From an uncultured virus (IMG/VR IMGVR_UViG_2541047494_000006) (taxonomy: Duplodnaviria > Heunggongvirae > Uroviricota > Caudoviricetes): 64,000 bases of DNA. The notes under the pieces are model-generated. The model was not told where the DNA came from, searched no databases, and saw only the letters and a list, made by a program, of their open reading frames with translations. The stretch lies in the IMG/VR virus record IMGVR_UViG_2541047494_000006, one strand, 5' to 3'. The position numbers and the translations under genes were made by a program. Positions 61,482 to 64,000 of the stretch are shown here, piece after piece. Every line of letters begins with the position of its first letter. The stretch's first letter is position 1.

Positions 61482-61985
61482 ATGAATAAAATAATCGTAT
61501 TTTATGATATAGAAGGGTATCCAGTTTTCCAAATACTTGTAAGAAATGTAAAAAAATATACTAGACAAAATAGAATATTTAAATTGGTTGATAGTTTTAT
61601 TAAAAAAAATATAAATAATATTAATTTAAATGATGGGAAAATATATGATAGCTCTAGTTGGATAATTTTTACTATATCAAAAACAGGACATTATAAATTA
61701 AAACTTAATCTTGATATAGACTATGATATATTAATTAAAAAGTTAGATATCAAAAAAAGTAAAAGAGAAAGTAATTCTAAAACAGAGAGAGAATTATTTT
61801 ATATAGGAACAGGATGGTGTAAAAGAAAAGAAATATACAATTTACTAACTAGACAAAATCAAATTGGATACGAAGATTATGATACTTTAACAATAGATGG
61901 CGATGTTTATATAAGAACATATAATGAAAAATGTAGAACAATATTACTTCATAGTAATTATCAAAAAATATTAAAAGAGATATAA
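61482..61985 (+). CDS. Hypothetical early protein
   Basis: ORF with SD AGGAGG. Confidence 0.65.
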   Translation: MNKIIVFYDIEGYPVFQILVRNVKKYTRQNRIFKLVDSFIKKNINNINLNDGKIYDSSSWIIFTISKTGHYKLKLNLDIDYDILIKKLDIKKSKRESNSKTERELFYIGTGWCKRKEIYNLLTRQNQIGYEDYDTLTIDGDVYIRTYNEKCRTILLHSNYQKILKEI

Positions 61986-62022
61986 ATAAAATTCAACTTT
62001 TAATATAAATGGAGGGTTTAAA

Positions 62023-62385
62023 ATGAATAAGTATTTAATTGGTTGCATAGGTAATTGCTTAAGAAGTATGAAAGCAATAAAAACTAGATTTTTTTTAATA
62101 GATAATAATAACATTGAGGATGTCACACTAAAGTTGTGTAAAGGAGTAGAGCATATAGCACCATTTAGATATAAATATGGATTAGCAAATTATAGTTTTG
62201 GTTGTGGTTTATCTCATTATTTAGATACATATAATTTAAACACTGTAAATGGATTAGATTTGAATAATACACATTTAATAATGCTTACTTTAAATGATTT
62301 AAAAAATATAGTAGGGTGTAAAACTGTCTTTGATATAGATGTAGAAGAAAAACTATTAAACTATATAAAGAGTTATTACAGATGA
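62023..62385 (+). CDS. Hypothetical early protein
   Basis: ORF with SD GGAGG. Confidence 0.65.
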   Translation: MNKYLIGCIGNCLRSMKAIKTRFFLIDNNNIEDVTLKLCKGVEHIAPFRYKYGLANYSFGCGLSHYLDTYNLNTVNGLDLNNTHLIMLTLNDLKNIVGCKTVFDIDVEEKLLNYIKSYYR

Positions 62386-62435
62386 AAATACAAGTACTTA
62401 AAATATTAATTTTAATATAATTGGAGGGGATTGAA

Positions 62436-62699
62436 ATGTTAATAAATAAGGCTAAAGGTATTAAAACATCACTTGAAACAAGCAGCTTAAGAGAACTAAA
62501 AGGATACATAAAAGATTTAAGAAAAGCACTATCAGGATATAAATATAAGAATAAAATAGATGAAATTACAGAATATCAAATAGATAAATTGTGTTACAAA
62601 ATTGATAATACAGATATATTTGACTTGAAATATAAAGAAATAGAAAAGTATATAGATAACTTGATTTTGATAATTAATTTTATCTTTATGGAAATGTAA
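62436..62699 (+). CDS. Hypothetical early protein
   Basis: SD GGAGG supports a start at MLINKAKG. Confidence 0.6.
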   Translation: MLINKAKGIKTSLETSSLRELKGYIKDLRKALSGYKYKNKIDEITEYQIDKLCYKIDNTDIFDLKYKEIEKYIDNLILIINFIFMEM

Positions 62700-62736
62700 T
62701 TAAAAGAATGATTTTAATATAATTGGAGGTTTAAGC

Positions 62737-63321
62737 ATGAATGAGTATATTTTGATAAGTTATACAAAAGGTAAAGGAGCTTGTGACCACTGTGGAAGAA
62801 CTATAAAAAATATAGCTACAATAAAAAATAATGTTACAGGAGAAGTTTTTCATGTTGGATTAACATGTGTAGAAAAAATAATGAAATTGAATGTTACATT
62901 TTACAAAGCATTGTCGAGAGAGATAAAAAAACATTACAAATGTATGGAGTACTACAGTAAGGGTTTAGATATAGAGACAAATCTTAATAAAATAGTGAAG
63001 AATAATACTAAATACAAAGAAGGTTCTTATGCTTATAAATCTAATGAACAAATGTTAGAAGATGCAATTGCGGAAGTGGCTTGGTCTTTGGCTCGTATGA
63101 TAGATAGTTGTATGAGAATGAATAAACTTAGTAAGTCTGGATTGATAGATATAGATATATTAAACAGTTTGTTTATCAAGTATAAGGAATATATGAGTAA
63201 ATTTGATGAAAATTACAATAAAAACAAATATAAATATAAAAGTTGTTATACTATGAAACCTTTAAAAGTAATATTAGATGAAAATGAAGATTTAAAAGAA
63301 CTATATAAAAGTATGCAATAA
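62737..63321 (+). CDS. Hypothetical protein with N-terminal Zn-binding motif
   Basis: CDHCGRTIK...HVGLTC. Confidence 0.65.
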   Translation: MNEYILISYTKGKGACDHCGRTIKNIATIKNNVTGEVFHVGLTCVEKIMKLNVTFYKALSREIKKHYKCMEYYSKGLDIETNLNKIVKNNTKYKEGSYAYKSNEQMLEDAIAEVAWSLARMIDSCMRMNKLSKSGLIDIDILNSLFIKYKEYMSKFDENYNKNKYKYKSCYTMKPLKVILDENEDLKELYKSMQ

Positions 63322-63634
63322 ATGTATGTAGGCGATGAATTAATGACAATGAATTTTATATAGATGAGGATTATATTTTATATAAAAGAGTGTCATATCT
63401 TTAATATAGGACATGAAGTAATAAAAGAGTTTAAAATTATATTTTTAATAGGATATATGAGTTATCAAATCGCTATTATTATAGCTATATTATTATAATT
63501 CAAATGATAATGATAGTGATTTGATAAAAGGATTTTAAAGATTATAAAAATCAAAAGAAATACATTAAGATAATTTTCAAACAGCTTATAGAGGCTTGTA
63601 CGGGGTCATAATCATAAACTAGGAGGGTGTAAAA

Positions 63635-64000
63635 ATGAAATTCAAAAATATAGCTATGGGAATGTTATTAGGTTTAATTATTGTTGGAGTTGCAGGAGCA
63701 ACAAAAGTTAAGGCTGCCGAATTAGATAATTTTTATGTAGAAACTACCGACAGAGTTGTAGAAATATTAGAAGATGAAAGTGTAGTTTTATATGATACTA
63801 AAGAGCAAGTTTATAATTTCTATCCAGTTTGTCTAGGTGACTGGAACTATAGCTTTAAAAATAAAAAAGATTTAGATAGAGCAGTTGCAACTTACAAAGA
63901 GCTGTCAAACAATATAAGTCACTCAAAGGATGTATATGTGATTAATAAGTTAAATAACAATGGAAACATTAAAGTATTTTTAAGTGATGGAAGTTCAATT
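63635..64000 (+). CDS. Secreted protein, partial (runs off the window)
   Basis: SD AGGAGG; signal peptide MKFKNIAMGMLLGLIIVGVAGATKVKA-A. Confidence 0.7.
   Translation, partial: MKFKNIAMGMLLGLIIVGVAGATKVKAAELDNFYVETTDRVVEILEDESVVLYDTKEQVYNFYPVCLGDWNYSFKNKKDLDRAVATYKELSNNISHSKDVYVINKLNNNGNIKVFLSDGSSI

Larger units (their letters stand above)
1..64000. mobile_element. Large temperate siphophage / plasmid-like prophage (phiCD211-like, clostridial host), partial genome
   Basis: Contiguous terminase-portal-protease-capsid-tail-TMP-baseplate module, partition ATPase, ArdA, C. difficile-type type I toxins, very low GC; no host housekeeping genes. Confidence 0.9.

Noticed and set aside
1..64000. CRISPR array or cas genes
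   Set aside because: I saw no run of ~30-nt identical repeats with unique spacers and no cas-like ORF in this window

Overview
This is a very AT-rich 64-kb segment of a large temperate siphophage (plasmid-like prophage) of a clostridial host. It most resembles Clostridioides difficile phiCD211/phiCDIF1296T-type phages and has an SPbeta-like head module; this assignment comes from protein-family recognition, not a search. From ~55.6 kb down to 0, the minus strand carries a ParM/ParR-like partition pair, a putative Rep, a sigma-like regulator, HU, tRNA-Ser, and terminase, portal, protease, capsid, tail and two receptor-binding modules. Two accessory islands interrupt the tail module: 14.2-17.6 kb (three type I and one type II toxin-antitoxin loci) and 26.2-34 kb (endonuclease, antirepressor, repressor, membrane proteins, DUF3800). 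From 56.7 kb a plus-strand early region carries HTH regulators, ArdA and small cassette-like genes. The most notable signals are non-coding: (1) an ORF-less 294-nt group I intron splitting the tape-measure gene; (2) a ~300-nt stem-closed RNA with an A-rich 7-nt periodic core directly behind a 205-aa helical protein, a candidate undescribed protein-RNA system; (3) a DUF3800 gene followed by a separately promoted structured RNA; and (4) a ~600-nt structured region beside the tRNA containing two covarying tandem pseudoknot units.
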